Source: an uncultured Ignavibacterium sp. (GTDB lineage Bacteria > Bacteroidota > Ignavibacteria > Ignavibacteriales > Ignavibacteriaceae). Taken from it: a DNA stretch of 64,000 bases. Positions 1 through 9,820 of this stretch are shown here, piece by piece. The notes under the pieces are model-generated. The model was not told the DNA's origin. It searched no databases and saw only the letters and a list, made by a program, of their open reading frames with translations. A program made the translations under genes and the position numbers. Position 1 is the stretch's first letter. The number at the start of each line of letters is the position of its first letter. The stretch spans positions 14,174-78,173 of the forward strand of contig CALHAB010000040.1 of NCBI GenBank assembly GCA_937934185.1, written 5' to 3'.

Positions 1-408
1 AAAGCACTCCATCTTTATATGGAAAGATGGAATGGCAAACATCCGATTCCTTGGGATTTTTATTTTTCCTTTAATGAAGCTGTGGGAGAAGATCTTTTGT
101 GGTACTGGAAACCATGGTTCTTTGAATTTGGTTACCCTGACTTAGGTATAAAATCTTACGAATTAACAGATGGAACACTTAAAGTTGAAGTAGAAAAGAT
201 AGGAATTATTCCTGTCCCAATTAAAATTACATTGATGAAGGATGCTCAATCAGTAAAAGAACTTTATTATACTGCAGATGTATGGAAATCAGGAAACAAA
301 ACATTCAAAGTAACCGTTGAGAATATTAAAGATGTTAATAAAATTGTTCTTGGCAGTCCTAAAATTCCGGATTCAAACAGGGAGAATAATGAAAAAAGAA
401 TTGAGTGA
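1..408 (+). CDS. C-terminal part of an M1-family metallopeptidase (5'-truncated by the window)
   Basis: Frame is open from base 1 (KALHLYMERWNGKHPIPWDF...DLLWYWKPWFF), a segment typical of FCB-group M1 aminopeptidases. The catalytic HEXXH lies outside the window. Confidence 0.7.
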   Translation, partial: KALHLYMERWNGKHPIPWDFYFSFNEAVGEDLLWYWKPWFFEFGYPDLGIKSYELTDGTLKVEVEKIGIIPVPIKITLMKDAQSVKELYYTADVWKSGNKTFKVTVENIKDVNKIVLGSPKIPDSNRENNEKRIE

Positions 409-456
409 ATGATTGATTGATAGGGCTTAAAAACTTCTGATTTTTATTTGGTGAGA

Positions 457-500
457 TAAAAAATTCGGCTGCTAATCAAAAATTTAGCAGCCGGTTTTTT
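457..500. terminator. Bidirectional intrinsic terminator
   Basis: Perfect 10-bp stem CGGCTGCTAA-N8-TTAGCAGCCG (466-493), with an A-run on the left and a T-run on the right, between convergent genes. Confidence 0.85.
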
Positions 501-507
501 AAAAAAA

Positions 508-624
508 TTATTTATTCTCAGTGGCAGCGGGTTTTGGAGCTTTTTTCTTTTTCTTCGGACGAAATTTTCCTGTTGTACCTTGAAAAATTTTACCACGCTT
601 GGTTCTTCTATCACCTTTACCCAT
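508..624 (-). CDS. thx: 30S ribosomal protein bTHX (Thx), 38 aa
   Basis: Hand translation [38 protein letters not shown] matches the Thx signature MGKGDxRTxRGKI. AGGAG Shine-Dalgarno just upstream. Below the ORF track size cutoff. Confidence 0.93.
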   Translation of the reverse strand: MGKGDRRTKRGKIFQGTTGKFRPKKKKKAPKPAATENK

Positions 625-658
625 AAATCTCCTGTAATTTTAATTAAAAATTTCTGTG

Positions 659-689
659 CAAAAATAAATTCTGCTTAACTATAATTCAA
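659..689 (-). promoter_or_regulatory. Putative housekeeping promoter of thx
   Basis: Minus strand TTGAAT-17 nt-TATTTTTG. Confidence 0.55.
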
Positions 690-701
690 AACTTGTGAAG
701 T

Positions 702-1154
702 TTATCTTACCTTCACCTTCACAACAACTTTTTTTACCAGGACAGAATTGTTTACTCTGATTCCGGGCATATGTATATCGGTTGGGAAGAAAATCGCAAA
801 CATATTTTTTTGAATCAAGCAGAGGGATTGATCGCAGTCATAAAAAGTTATGTCATTTGTATCGTTGTATTTTTCAACAATTTTCTGATCAGCTAATGGT
901 GCATAACCGATAAATTCTTCTCCTGAATAAACAAACTGAATATCGATATGATTCCGATGAGATTCAGGTTTGCCTTGAGATAAATCTTTAGATTTGTAGG
1001 AGCTAACTAATGCGAAAATATTTTCACCATCAATTTCATACTTACCGTCTTCAATTTCACTGAAATCCGTTTCAGCTAAATAATCCAAAGCTTTTTGTAT
1101 GTCAGAACTTATCGCTGAGTATAAATTCCTGTTTTCGATTTTATCAACAATCAT
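702..1154 (-). CDS. YhcH/YjgK/YiaL (NanQ/TabA-like, DUF386) family protein
   Basis: GKYEIDGENIF, ESHRNHIDIQ and FAIFFPTDIHMP motifs. Confidence 0.9.
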   Translation of the reverse strand: MIVDKIENRNLYSAISSDIQKALDYLAETDFSEIEDGKYEIDGENIFALVSSYKSKDLSQGKPESHRNHIDIQFVYSGEEFIGYAPLADQKIVEKYNDTNDITFYDCDQSLCLIQKNMFAIFFPTDIHMPGIRVNNSVLVKKVVVKVKVR

Positions 1155-1171
1155 TTTAATATCTTCCGTTA

Positions 1172-3268
1172 TTACATTTCTTTTTCAGCGGTTAGTAATT
1201 TGCCTTTAACAAATTGTCCTTGCTCAAAATGTTCTTTGGAAATATAAACAATACCATCTTCGTCGTGTGGTTCTCCATAAATTGTATGCACTGATTTAAG
1301 TCCGCCGAAATATTTTCTAGCATCAGAGATGTAAACCAAATCACCAACTTCAGCAGCCATCCTTTTCATATCATTCTTTGAGAAATGGATTGTATCGTCT
1401 TCACCTTCTTTCAGTTTCCAATGGACTTTTATCTTTTCACCCTCGCGCTCATTTAATTTACTTCCCTTGAAATATTCTTTAGCTTTATTAATTGACCATA
1501 CAGTAAGCCCATCAGTTTTCTCTTCTTCATTGTACTGAATGAAATAATTGGCTGCAATTACAACCATTCCAACCATAATGAAAGTAAGAATAAAAAGCAC
1601 TATAAGCGATAGAACATTAAAAGCAATCAGCAAGAAAATAATTATTGAAGCAATAACAAATATGCTCATAATCAGGCGGTGATGGTTAGTTTGTTTTATT
1701 TTTTCCACCAGCTTGATTTGTTGTTTTGTAGTCAATGTAGTCAAAACAGCAAAAAGCGCACAGACAAATAAGTTGTATAATGCTCCAATGTAAGTATATG
1801 GATGATTGGGATCATATGCAGTTCCGTGAGAGAAAATTTCAATCAGTGGTCTTGGATAATACATCCCCATAATCATCAAAGCAACACCGCCGACAAGTGT
1901 ACCGATTACTGCGGCGTTTGTATATCGTTTCCAGAATACTCCAAGAAATATTGCAGTAACCAGTGGTGGAGTTAAAGTGGAATGGAAATATCCGTGTGCC
2001 TCGTAAACTGTCGGGAATTTGCTGAAAGGAATTACAGTCAAAACTCCCAGAAAAGTAAAAATGGCAGTCGCAATTCTGGCTGAAAGGAGTTCCTGTTTAT
2101 CTTCCTCTTTCCAGGTTTGAACTTTTTTAGATAACCATTTTTTAACAGGTCTATGAATATCATTTATATAAACTGCAGCAGTAGCATTTAATAAAGTATC
2201 AACAGTTGACATTAGCGCGGCAGTTAGAGCAGCCATAATAAAACCAAAGACACCCGGATGAGTAATTACATTTGCAACAACTACAAATATTGAATCAGGA
2301 TTTGTTGTTGGCGGTACAACTGAAGGGTTAGCAATAGAAATTGCTTTCCCAATCCATCCGGCATTACCAACTACGATTGCTGAAATAGGCAGCATAAAAA
2401 GAATATTAAAGGTTGCGGCTTTTCTACCTTCGTCAACGCTTTTACAAGCCATAAATCTCATTACCAAACCCATATTCATAAATAAAAATCCCACCGAGCC
2501 GGCAACACCATCCTGCCAGAAAATCCCGACGAAATTAAATCCGGGCGGATCATTAAAATGAGCAAGTGGAAGTTTCCATTCAGTTGGCAATAAATCCCAG
2601 AAAACTTTGAAGCCACCGAGATAATCCAATCCCAAAACAAATACAAGCATACCGGCAAAAATCAAAACAAAACCCTGAGCAAGGTCTGTAAATATAACAG
2701 CAGTTTGACCGCCATATGTAATATAAATTCCTACAATCAATGCGATAACAACAATTAAACCCATCAGAGTTATTTCAAAATGAAATCCGAATAGAGTAAA
2801 CTCAGGAGGTAGCAATGGCAATATCGCTTTCCCCATCGTTAAAAATCCGATGCCAACATAACCGATCATATAAAACAAGAGCAGAAGAGTTGCAAGAAAT
2901 CTTGTCAGTACACTAAATCTTTTTTCAAAGTATTCCGGAATTGATCTGATTCTTGTGTAAACTATAATCGGTAGCCATCCAAAAATAAAAAACGGTACGA
3001 AGAACCAATCATTCATATAAGTCATTGTGGAAGAGAAGCCGGCTTCAAATCCTTTGGCGGAGTATTTAATAAAACTATGACTTCCAACGCCTGTTGCAAC
3101 AATGCTCATAGCTATTAACCACCAGGCAAATCTTCTTCCGCCAAAGAAAAAGTCAGTAGTAGTCCGATTGTATTTTGAGAAATATGCACCAAAAACCATA
3201 ATGGCAATAAAATAAACTACCATTACGATCCAGTCAGTTGATGTACCTAAACTATGATGAACTTCCAT
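1172..3268 (-). CDS. Sodium:solute symporter (SSS/SLC5 family) with a soluble C-terminal extension
   Basis: DFFFGGR, SIVAT, YGGQTAVIFTD and AALMSTVDTLLN motifs; many transmembrane segments; hydrophilic tail of about 90 aa. Confidence 0.92.
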   Translation of the reverse strand: MEVHHSLGTSTDWIVMVVYFIAIMVFGAYFSKYNRTTTDFFFGGRRFAWWLIAMSIVATGVGSHSFIKYSAKGFEAGFSSTMTYMNDWFFVPFFIFGWLPIIVYTRIRSIPEYFEKRFSVLTRFLATLLLLFYMIGYVGIGFLTMGKAILPLLPPEFTLFGFHFEITLMGLIVVIALIVGIYITYGGQTAVIFTDLAQGFVLIFAGMLVFVLGLDYLGGFKVFWDLLPTEWKLPLAHFNDPPGFNFVGIFWQDGVAGSVGFLFMNMGLVMRFMACKSVDEGRKAATFNILFMLPISAIVVGNAGWIGKAISIANPSVVPPTTNPDSIFVVVANVITHPGVFGFIMAALTAALMSTVDTLLNATAAVYINDIHRPVKKWLSKKVQTWKEEDKQELLSARIATAIFTFLGVLTVIPFSKFPTVYEAHGYFHSTLTPPLVTAIFLGVFWKRYTNAAVIGTLVGGVALMIMGMYYPRPLIEIFSHGTAYDPNHPYTYIGALYNLFVCALFAVLTTLTTKQQIKLVEKIKQTNHHRLIMSIFVIASIIIFLLIAFNVLSLIVLFILTFIMVGMVVIAANYFIQYNEEEKTDGLTVWSINKAKEYFKGSKLNEREGEKIKVHWKLKEGEDDTIHFSKNDMKRMAAEVGDLVYISDARKYFGGLKSVHTIYGEPHDEDGIVYISKEHFEQGQFVKGKLLTAEKEM

Positions 3269-3292
3269 AATTAAGATGTTAATTTCTTTTTG

Positions 3293-3505
3293 TTAAAGGT
3301 AAAGTGCTGCCAGAATAAGTGCAGCGTGAATTAGCATAAAGTAGAAGAAACCAAATATGGTAACTTTCCACCAATATCGGTGTCTTTTATTTTGTGGATT
3401 GTAAGCCCCTGTTTTTTTGACTATAACTAATCCACTTAGAAAAAATATTCCTCCAACACCATATAAATAAATGTAAGGCAACCAGGTATTATAAAATGAT
3501 GGCAT
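3293..3505 (-). CDS. Small 2-TM membrane protein (70 aa), paralog of the 3548-3766 gene
   Basis: MPSFYNTWLPYIYLYGVGGIFF...ALYL. Start placed at ATG 3505 by alignment with the paralog. Confidence 0.75.
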   Translation of the reverse strand: MPSFYNTWLPYIYLYGVGGIFFLSGLVIVKKTGAYNPQNKRHRYWWKVTIFGFFYFMLIHAALILAALYL

Positions 3506-3547
3506 AATGTTTTTTTTGATTGAATAAAATGACAATCATTGTTTTTA

Positions 3548-3766
3548 TCATAAGTAAAGGGCTGAAATTATAAGAGTTGCGTGTAAAAAAAGAAAAAAGA
3601 AATAACCTCCAAACAGGACTCTTATCCAGAATCTGTGTGTTTTTCGTTGGGGATTTAGTGAGCCGCTTTTTATTATAATGTACATTCCGCTGAAGAAAAA
3701 TATTCCTCCAACAACATATAGATATATAAAAGGTATCCAGGTCTGAAAGATTGTTTGTAAAATCAT
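3548..3766 (-). CDS. Small 2-TM membrane protein (72 aa), paralog of the 3293-3505 gene
   Basis: MILQTIFQTWIPFIYLYVVGGIFF...ALYL. Start placed at ATG 3766; the upstream extension in the ORF track looks non-coding. Confidence 0.75.
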   Translation of the reverse strand: MILQTIFQTWIPFIYLYVVGGIFFFSGMYIIIKSGSLNPQRKTHRFWIRVLFGGYFFFLFLHATLIISALYL

Positions 3767-3882
3767 ATCTCTATTGTTGAATAAAATTACACGGAAAAAA
3801 TATAGAAAGCTGACATAATCAACAATTGAAATCGTAATTAAAACCAATAAAAAGTTTGATTATTGTTCAAAAATCCTAATAC

Positions 3883-3899
3883 TTAACAATTTCTTAACA
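3883..3899 (+). promoter_or_regulatory. Putative Pho box upstream of pstS
   Basis: TTAACA-N5-TTAACA direct repeat (11-bp period), about 30 nt upstream of TATAATTTTG (3929-3938). Confidence 0.55.
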
Positions 3900-3961
3900 A
3901 AAAATATCAGATAAATGGAATTAATTTTTATAATTTTGAAGACACAAATTAGGAGAGATTT

Positions 3962-5035
3962 ATGCTTAAAATAAAATTTGCCTCAGTTCTTTTTTTTATA
4001 ACAATTCTAACATCATTTCTTTTAATAAGCTGTGGTGAAAAAAAAGAAGAAGTTTCCCAGCAGCAGGAAAGCGTTCAATCTGAACAATCAGCTTTGGAAT
4101 CAACTCAAAAAACTGAAACCACAGATGCAACTGCGGTTAAAGTTGATCCAAATATTCCTCATTATACCAAAGTTGCAGGAATCTCAGGCAATTTATCCAG
4201 TATCGGTTCAGATACGATGAATAATCTTCTTACTCTTTGGTTAGAAGGTTTCAAAAAATATTATCCGAATGTCAATATACAGGTTGAAGGAAAAGGTTCG
4301 AGTACTGCGCCACCTGCACTAATCAGTGGAACTGCTCAGCTTGGACCAATGTCCCGGGATATGAAGCAGGAAGAAATTGATGCATTCGAAAAGAAGTTTG
4401 GTTACAAGCCAACAGAGCTTCGTGTTGCAATTGATGCTCTTGCAGTTTATGTTAATAAGGATAATCCACTTAAAGGACTTACATTACCACAGGTTGATGC
4501 AATATTCTCAAAAACAAGAAGAGGTGGTTACAAAACTGATATAGCTAAGTGGGGTGATTTAGGATTAACCGGTGACTGGACAAACAGAGGTATCAGTTTA
4601 TATGGAAGAAATTCTGCATCGGGAACATATGGTTACTTTAAAGAACACGCTTTATATAAAGGTGATTTCAAAGATCAGGTTAAAGAACAACCAGGAAGTG
4701 CATCCGTGGTTCAGGGAGTAACTGAGGACAGATATGGAATTGGTTATTCTGGAATTGGTTATAGAACATCAGGAGTAATTGCATTACCTCTTGCAAAATC
4801 TGAAAATGATGAATTTCATGCACCTGATTATGAAAATTGTTTAAATGGAAAATATCCACTTAGTCGTTTTCTCAATATTTATATTAATAAAGCACCTAAT
4901 AAACCTGTTGATCCTTTATTAAAAGAATTTCTTAAATTTGTATTGAGTTATGAAGGACAGGAAGTCGTTGTTAAAGACGGTTATCTTCCGCTTACACTTG
5001 AGTTAATTAATAAAGAGCTCAAAAAACTCGATTAA
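3962..5035 (+). CDS. pstS: Phosphate ABC transporter substrate-binding lipoprotein PstS
   Basis: Lipobox LLISC; GSDTM, GKGSSTA and GRNSASGT motifs; AGGAG SD; first gene of the pst operon. Confidence 0.95.
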   Translation: MLKIKFASVLFFITILTSFLLISCGEKKEEVSQQQESVQSEQSALESTQKTETTDATAVKVDPNIPHYTKVAGISGNLSSIGSDTMNNLLTLWLEGFKKYYPNVNIQVEGKGSSTAPPALISGTAQLGPMSRDMKQEEIDAFEKKFGYKPTELRVAIDALAVYVNKDNPLKGLTLPQVDAIFSKTRRGGYKTDIAKWGDLGLTGDWTNRGISLYGRNSASGTYGYFKEHALYKGDFKDQVKEQPGSASVVQGVTEDRYGIGYSGIGYRTSGVIALPLAKSENDEFHAPDYENCLNGKYPLSRFLNIYINKAPNKPVDPLLKEFLKFVLSYEGQEVVVKDGYLPLTLELINKELKKLD

Positions 5036-5054
5036 TAATTTTTGGAAAAATAAT

Positions 5055-7319
5055 CTGAACACTGAAGAAAAAAATAAATCAGTCGGAGATTCAAAGCTTC
5101 ATAAAAGGGCTTTATTCTTTGATAAGTCAGCTAAGGGAGTAATTTATTTTGGTGGAATTGCAACAATCATTTCGGTTGTTGCAATTCTTGTTTTTGTTTT
5201 ATGGGAAGCTCTTCCTCTTTGGTTTGGTGCTGAAGGAAAAGAAAAAGATAAAATTAAAGTCCAGCAAATTCTTCAATCTAAAAAACCACTGATCATTGGG
5301 ATTGATGAGTATCAGGAAATTCTGTACACATTTACAGATTCTGCAACTGTTGATTTCATAAACCTTTCATCCAAGGAAATCTTAAAATCAGAAAAAATTC
5401 CTCTTGTTTCCGAAGATTTCATTACAAGTGCTTCTAAATCTCCCAGCAAAAATTTAATAGCTTTAGGTACAAATCAGGGAAAAGTAGTCCTTGGTCAGGT
5501 TAAATTTTCCATTCGATTTATCGAAGGTGATAAAAGAGAAATAACACCAGAATTTTTAATCAACTCATCTGTTAATATTGACCCGAAAAATAAGTCGATA
5601 AAAAATTTAGTTTACAGAAAAAATTCTGAAAATGAATTTACAGTTGTTGCATTAACCTCTGATGAGAGATTGCTTCAGTACAGTTCAGAGAAAACATTTT
5701 CACTATTATCTGAATCAGAGGAAAAAATTTACAAGAATGATTTGACTAATCTTGTTGAATATCCTATATCAGCTATTGAATTAGATAACTTTTGCGAAAA
5801 GCTGATGATCGGAACGGTAAATGGATGGCTTTATTATATTTCACTAAAAGACAAAGAAAATCCGCAACTTATTCAGAAAATAAATCCAACCCCATCAGGT
5901 AACAGTGCTATAACTTCACTTGGGTTTATTATAGGCGACCAGTCAGTTATCGTTGGTGATGCTGATGGAAATGTTACATCCTGGATGCGTGTTCTTGATG
6001 AAAAAACTGAATACGGTTGGAAGCTTGTAAATCCACACACATTTGATTCACATCAGGCAGCGGTTACTTCGGTTGCAAGTTCACTAAGAAATAAAAGTTT
6101 TATCACAGGTGATTCAAAAGGTAAAATTTTTCTTGAACATCTTACAAGTGAAAGAACTCTTATCGAATTAAGCGGTAAAGAACTTCCGGTTAAGGATATT
6201 GCTTTTTCGCCAAAAGGAGATGGTGCTGTTGTTTTATATGAAGATGGAACAATTATTTCTTACGAAATAAAAAATCCTCATCCTGAGATTACTTTAAAGA
6301 CACTATTCGGAAAAGTCTGGTACGAAGGCTATGCAAAACCAGAATTTGTTTGGCAATCGACCGGCGGCACTGATGACTTTGAACCGAAGTTCAGTTTGGT
6401 TCCGCTTATAATAGGAACATTAAAAGGAACTTTTTATGCAATGCTGTTTGCTATTCCTCTGGCATTGTTCGGAGCTCTTTATACATCGCAATTTTCACAT
6501 CCTCAAATTCGTAACTATATCAAACCCACAGTAGAAGTAATGGCTGCCTTACCAAGTGTTGTGATTGGTTTTCTTGCCGGACTTTGGTTAGCACCTTTAC
6601 TTGAAAGAATTCTACCCGGTGTATTTCTGATGTTTATAATTGTGCCGATTACTATTGCAATCGGAGCTTCTCTGTGGAAAAGAATACCAGGCCGGATAAG
6701 ATACAAATTAAAACCTGGTTACGAATTATTTTTTATTCTTCCACTCATCATCTTTGCCTTTTATATTGCACAATGGCTGGGTCCTATTTTCGAGTATCAT
6801 ATATTAGGTGGCGACTACAGAACCTGGTTGATGAACACTTTGAATGAACAGTATGATCAGAGAAACAGTATAGTGGTTGGATTTGCGATGGGCTTTGCTG
6901 TTATTCCAATTATTTTTACTATTTGTGAAGATGCACTTTCAAGTGTTCCTTCAAGTTTAACTTCTGCTTCACTTGCTCTTGGAGCAACCAAATGGGAAAC
7001 TGCTACAAGAATTGTTTTACCTTCCGCAAGTCCTGGAATTTTTTCTGCAATTATGATTGGCTTTGGCAGAGCTGTTGGCGAAACTATGATCGTGTTAATG
7101 GCAACAGGAAATACACCGATACTATCATTCAGTCCTTTTAATGGAATGAGAACACTTTCTGCTAACATAGCAGTTGAAATTCCTGAAGCACCTTATCAGG
7201 GAACATTGTATAGAGTACTATTCTTAGCTGCAACTCTTTTATTCATTCTTACTTTTGTGGTTAACACTGTTGCAGAGATAATCAGACAAAGATTAAGAAA
7301 AAAATATGCTGAATTATAA
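5055..7319 (+). CDS. pstC: Phosphate ABC transporter permease PstC with a large periplasmic beta-propeller-like insert (start uncertain)
   Basis: Frame is open from about 5007 with no stop and encodes an N-terminal TM helix (GVIYFGGIATIISVVAILVFVLWEALPLW) upstream of the ORF-track start. C-terminal PSVVIG and GRAVGETM permease motifs. Start tentatively CTG 5055. Confidence 0.85.
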   Translation: MNTEEKNKSVGDSKLHKRALFFDKSAKGVIYFGGIATIISVVAILVFVLWEALPLWFGAEGKEKDKIKVQQILQSKKPLIIGIDEYQEILYTFTDSATVDFINLSSKEILKSEKIPLVSEDFITSASKSPSKNLIALGTNQGKVVLGQVKFSIRFIEGDKREITPEFLINSSVNIDPKNKSIKNLVYRKNSENEFTVVALTSDERLLQYSSEKTFSLLSESEEKIYKNDLTNLVEYPISAIELDNFCEKLMIGTVNGWLYYISLKDKENPQLIQKINPTPSGNSAITSLGFIIGDQSVIVGDADGNVTSWMRVLDEKTEYGWKLVNPHTFDSHQAAVTSVASSLRNKSFITGDSKGKIFLEHLTSERTLIELSGKELPVKDIAFSPKGDGAVVLYEDGTIISYEIKNPHPEITLKTLFGKVWYEGYAKPEFVWQSTGGTDDFEPKFSLVPLIIGTLKGTFYAMLFAIPLALFGALYTSQFSHPQIRNYIKPTVEVMAALPSVVIGFLAGLWLAPLLERILPGVFLMFIIVPITIAIGASLWKRIPGRIRYKLKPGYELFFILPLIIFAFYIAQWLGPIFEYHILGGDYRTWLMNTLNEQYDQRNSIVVGFAMGFAVIPIIFTICEDALSSVPSSLTSASLALGATKWETATRIVLPSASPGIFSAIMIGFGRAVGETMIVLMATGNTPILSFSPFNGMRTLSANIAVEIPEAPYQGTLYRVLFLAATLLFILTFVVNTVAEIIRQRLRKKYAEL

Positions 7320-7326
7320 TTGAGCT

Positions 7327-8964
7327 ATGAAAAAATATTTTAGATCTGGAGAAATATTTATTTGGTTTACCGGAATGGGACTTGGCATAAGTCTGATAAT
7401 GATTACTGGCTTATTGTTTCTGATTGTTGTAAATGGTAAAGATTATTTCTGGGCTTCAGAACTTGTTCAGATAACAAGAACAGATGGAAGTAAACAGCTT
7501 GGTGAAATTGTTAAAGAAGAACCAATTCCGAATCTCAACCTTCCGGATACACTGTGGAACAAAGGTTTGATGCGTATGCAGTTGAAAATCGGAAACCGTG
7601 ATCTTTATGGATTTGATTTTCAATGGATTGATGAAAGAGAAATTAAACAAACCGATTTACCTAAGTTTGCTTCAACAATTGAAAGAATGGAGTTTGGAAA
7701 TTTCTACGGTTTTATCAAAGAGATTCTGGTTGATGGAAATGTTAAAGTTAAAGGTGATGAAAATGTTGCAGATAAAATAAATTCTTATTTAAGTATCACT
7801 TCATCAATCCGTGATGAAATCAGAAACATCGAAAAATCTAAAATTGGAAGAATAAATTATAATATTGAAAGCTTAAGACTTCGGATAAAGAAATTAGAAT
7901 TTGAAGGGAAAAATACTCAAAAGGATTTAAATCTGATTTCAAAACTTGAATCCGAAATTGCACTTGAAAATAAAAAATATGCAGTTCTGAAATCAAAAGT
8001 TGATTCATTGAATCAGCTTGCTTCCAGATATTCAGTGTTTTGCGAAGATGTAAACGGAAGAAGTAAAACTATTCCTATGATAAACATTGTCAGGGTGTAT
8101 CAACCAAATAATATGTCTTTTGTGAGCAAGCTTGGATTTACATTTACCAAAATCCGGGAATTTATTTTTGATGATCCGAGAGAGTCCAATACTGAAGGGG
8201 GTGTCTTTCCTGCAATCTTCGGAACGGTTATGATGGTTCTTCTGATGAGTATTTTCACAGTTCCTTTTGGAGTTCTTGCTGCACTATATCTTCGTGAATA
8301 TGCCAAGCAAGGTCCGTTAGTCAGAACAGTTCGTATTGCTGTAAACAATCTTGCTGGTGTTCCTTCGATCGTATTTGGTGTATTCGGACTTGGATTTTTC
8401 ATATACTTTATCGGTGGAACAATTGATCAGCTTTTCTATCCTGAGCGATTACCTTCACCAACCTGGGGAACAGGCGGAATTCTATGGGCTTCATTGACAC
8501 TCGCTCTTTTAACTATGCCTGTTGTTATTGTTGCAACAGAGGAAGCTTTGACTCAGATTCCACGCGGAATGAGAGAAGCAGCTTTAGCTTTAGGAGCAAC
8601 TAAATGGCAGGTTGTAAGAAGAATTATTCTTCCGGCAGCTACTCCGGGTATTTTAACCGGACTTATTCTGGCAATGGCTCGTGCTGCCGGTGAAGTAGCT
8701 CCATTGATGATAACAGGTGTTGTTAAACTTGCACCATCTCTACCATTTGATTCTTATTTTCCGTTTTTCCATCTTGACAGAAAATTTATGCATCTTGGAT
8801 TTCATATCTATGATGTGGGATTTCAGTCACCAAATATTGAAGCTGCAATGCCAATGGTTTATACAACAACTTTGTTACTGATAATAATAGTTGTTTTGCT
8901 AAATATTACTGCAATGATTATTCGTGCTAATCTTAGGAAAAAATATAAATCATCTACATTTTAG
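7327..8964 (+). CDS. pstA: Phosphate ABC transporter permease PstA (long form with a coiled-coil periplasmic insert)
   Basis: [28 protein letters not shown] and [10 protein letters not shown] motifs. Confidence 0.95.
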   Translation: MKKYFRSGEIFIWFTGMGLGISLIMITGLLFLIVVNGKDYFWASELVQITRTDGSKQLGEIVKEEPIPNLNLPDTLWNKGLMRMQLKIGNRDLYGFDFQWIDEREIKQTDLPKFASTIERMEFGNFYGFIKEILVDGNVKVKGDENVADKINSYLSITSSIRDEIRNIEKSKIGRINYNIESLRLRIKKLEFEGKNTQKDLNLISKLESEIALENKKYAVLKSKVDSLNQLASRYSVFCEDVNGRSKTIPMINIVRVYQPNNMSFVSKLGFTFTKIREFIFDDPRESNTEGGVFPAIFGTVMMVLLMSIFTVPFGVLAALYLREYAKQGPLVRTVRIAVNNLAGVPSIVFGVFGLGFFIYFIGGTIDQLFYPERLPSPTWGTGGILWASLTLALLTMPVVIVATEEALTQIPRGMREAALALGATKWQVVRRIILPAATPGILTGLILAMARAAGEVAPLMITGVVKLAPSLPFDSYFPFFHLDRKFMHLGFHIYDVGFQSPNIEAAMPMVYTTTLLLIIIVVLLNITAMIIRANLRKKYKSSTF

Positions 8965-8975
8965 AGTATATTGAA

Positions 8976-9791
8976 ATGAAAGATCTAACAGTGGAAACTG
9001 CACAACAAATTGATAAGCAAAAATCATCAGGTAAAATAAAGATTGAAGTAAACAATCTTAATTTTTATTATGGTGATGTAATTGCGCTTAAGAATATCAA
9101 TATGAAAATTCATTCGAATCAGGTAACAGCGCTTATCGGACCTTCTGGTTGTGGGAAATCTACATTTCTGAGAACATTAAACAGAATGAATGAACTAATA
9201 GATGATGTAAAGGTTGAAGGTGAAGTGATTATTGACGGACAAAATATTTATAAAAGTGGAATTGATGTTGTCCAGCTTAGAAAAAAAGTTGGAATGATTT
9301 TTCAGAAATCTAATCCATTTCCAAAATCTATTTATGAAAATGTTGCTTTCGGATTAAGGATCGGAGGTCTTGGTAAAAAATCGAAAAAAGAACTTGATGA
9401 AATTGTTGAAAGAAGTCTTAAACAAGCCGCTTTATGGGATGAGGTTAAAGATAGATTGAATGAATCCGCACTTGGTTTGTCAGGTGGACAGCAGCAAAGA
9501 CTTTGCATCGCAAGAGCATTGGCAATTGAACCTGATATCCTGCTTATGGATGAACCTGCAAGTGCACTCGATCCTATTTCAACTGCAAAAGTTGAAGAGC
9601 TTATTCATCAGTTAAAAAAGAAATACACAATTGTTATTGTAACACATAATCTTCAGCAGGCAGCCAGAGTTAGTGACTACACTGCTTTTTTCTATCTCGG
9701 CAGTCTGATTGAGTTTGATAAAACTTCGAAGATATTCACCAATCCTTCTAATAAACAGACAGAGGATTATATTACCGGAAGGTTTGGATAA
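8976..9791 (+). CDS. pstB: Phosphate ABC transporter ATPase PstB
   Basis: [22 protein letters not shown] and C-terminal YITGRFG. Confidence 0.97.
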   Translation: MKDLTVETAQQIDKQKSSGKIKIEVNNLNFYYGDVIALKNINMKIHSNQVTALIGPSGCGKSTFLRTLNRMNELIDDVKVEGEVIIDGQNIYKSGIDVVQLRKKVGMIFQKSNPFPKSIYENVAFGLRIGGLGKKSKKELDEIVERSLKQAALWDEVKDRLNESALGLSGGQQQRLCIARALAIEPDILLMDEPASALDPISTAKVEELIHQLKKKYTIVIVTHNLQQAARVSDYTAFFYLGSLIEFDKTSKIFTNPSNKQTEDYITGRFG

Positions 9792-9820
9792 TTCTTAATT
9801 TATATTTTAAGGAGAGAAAA

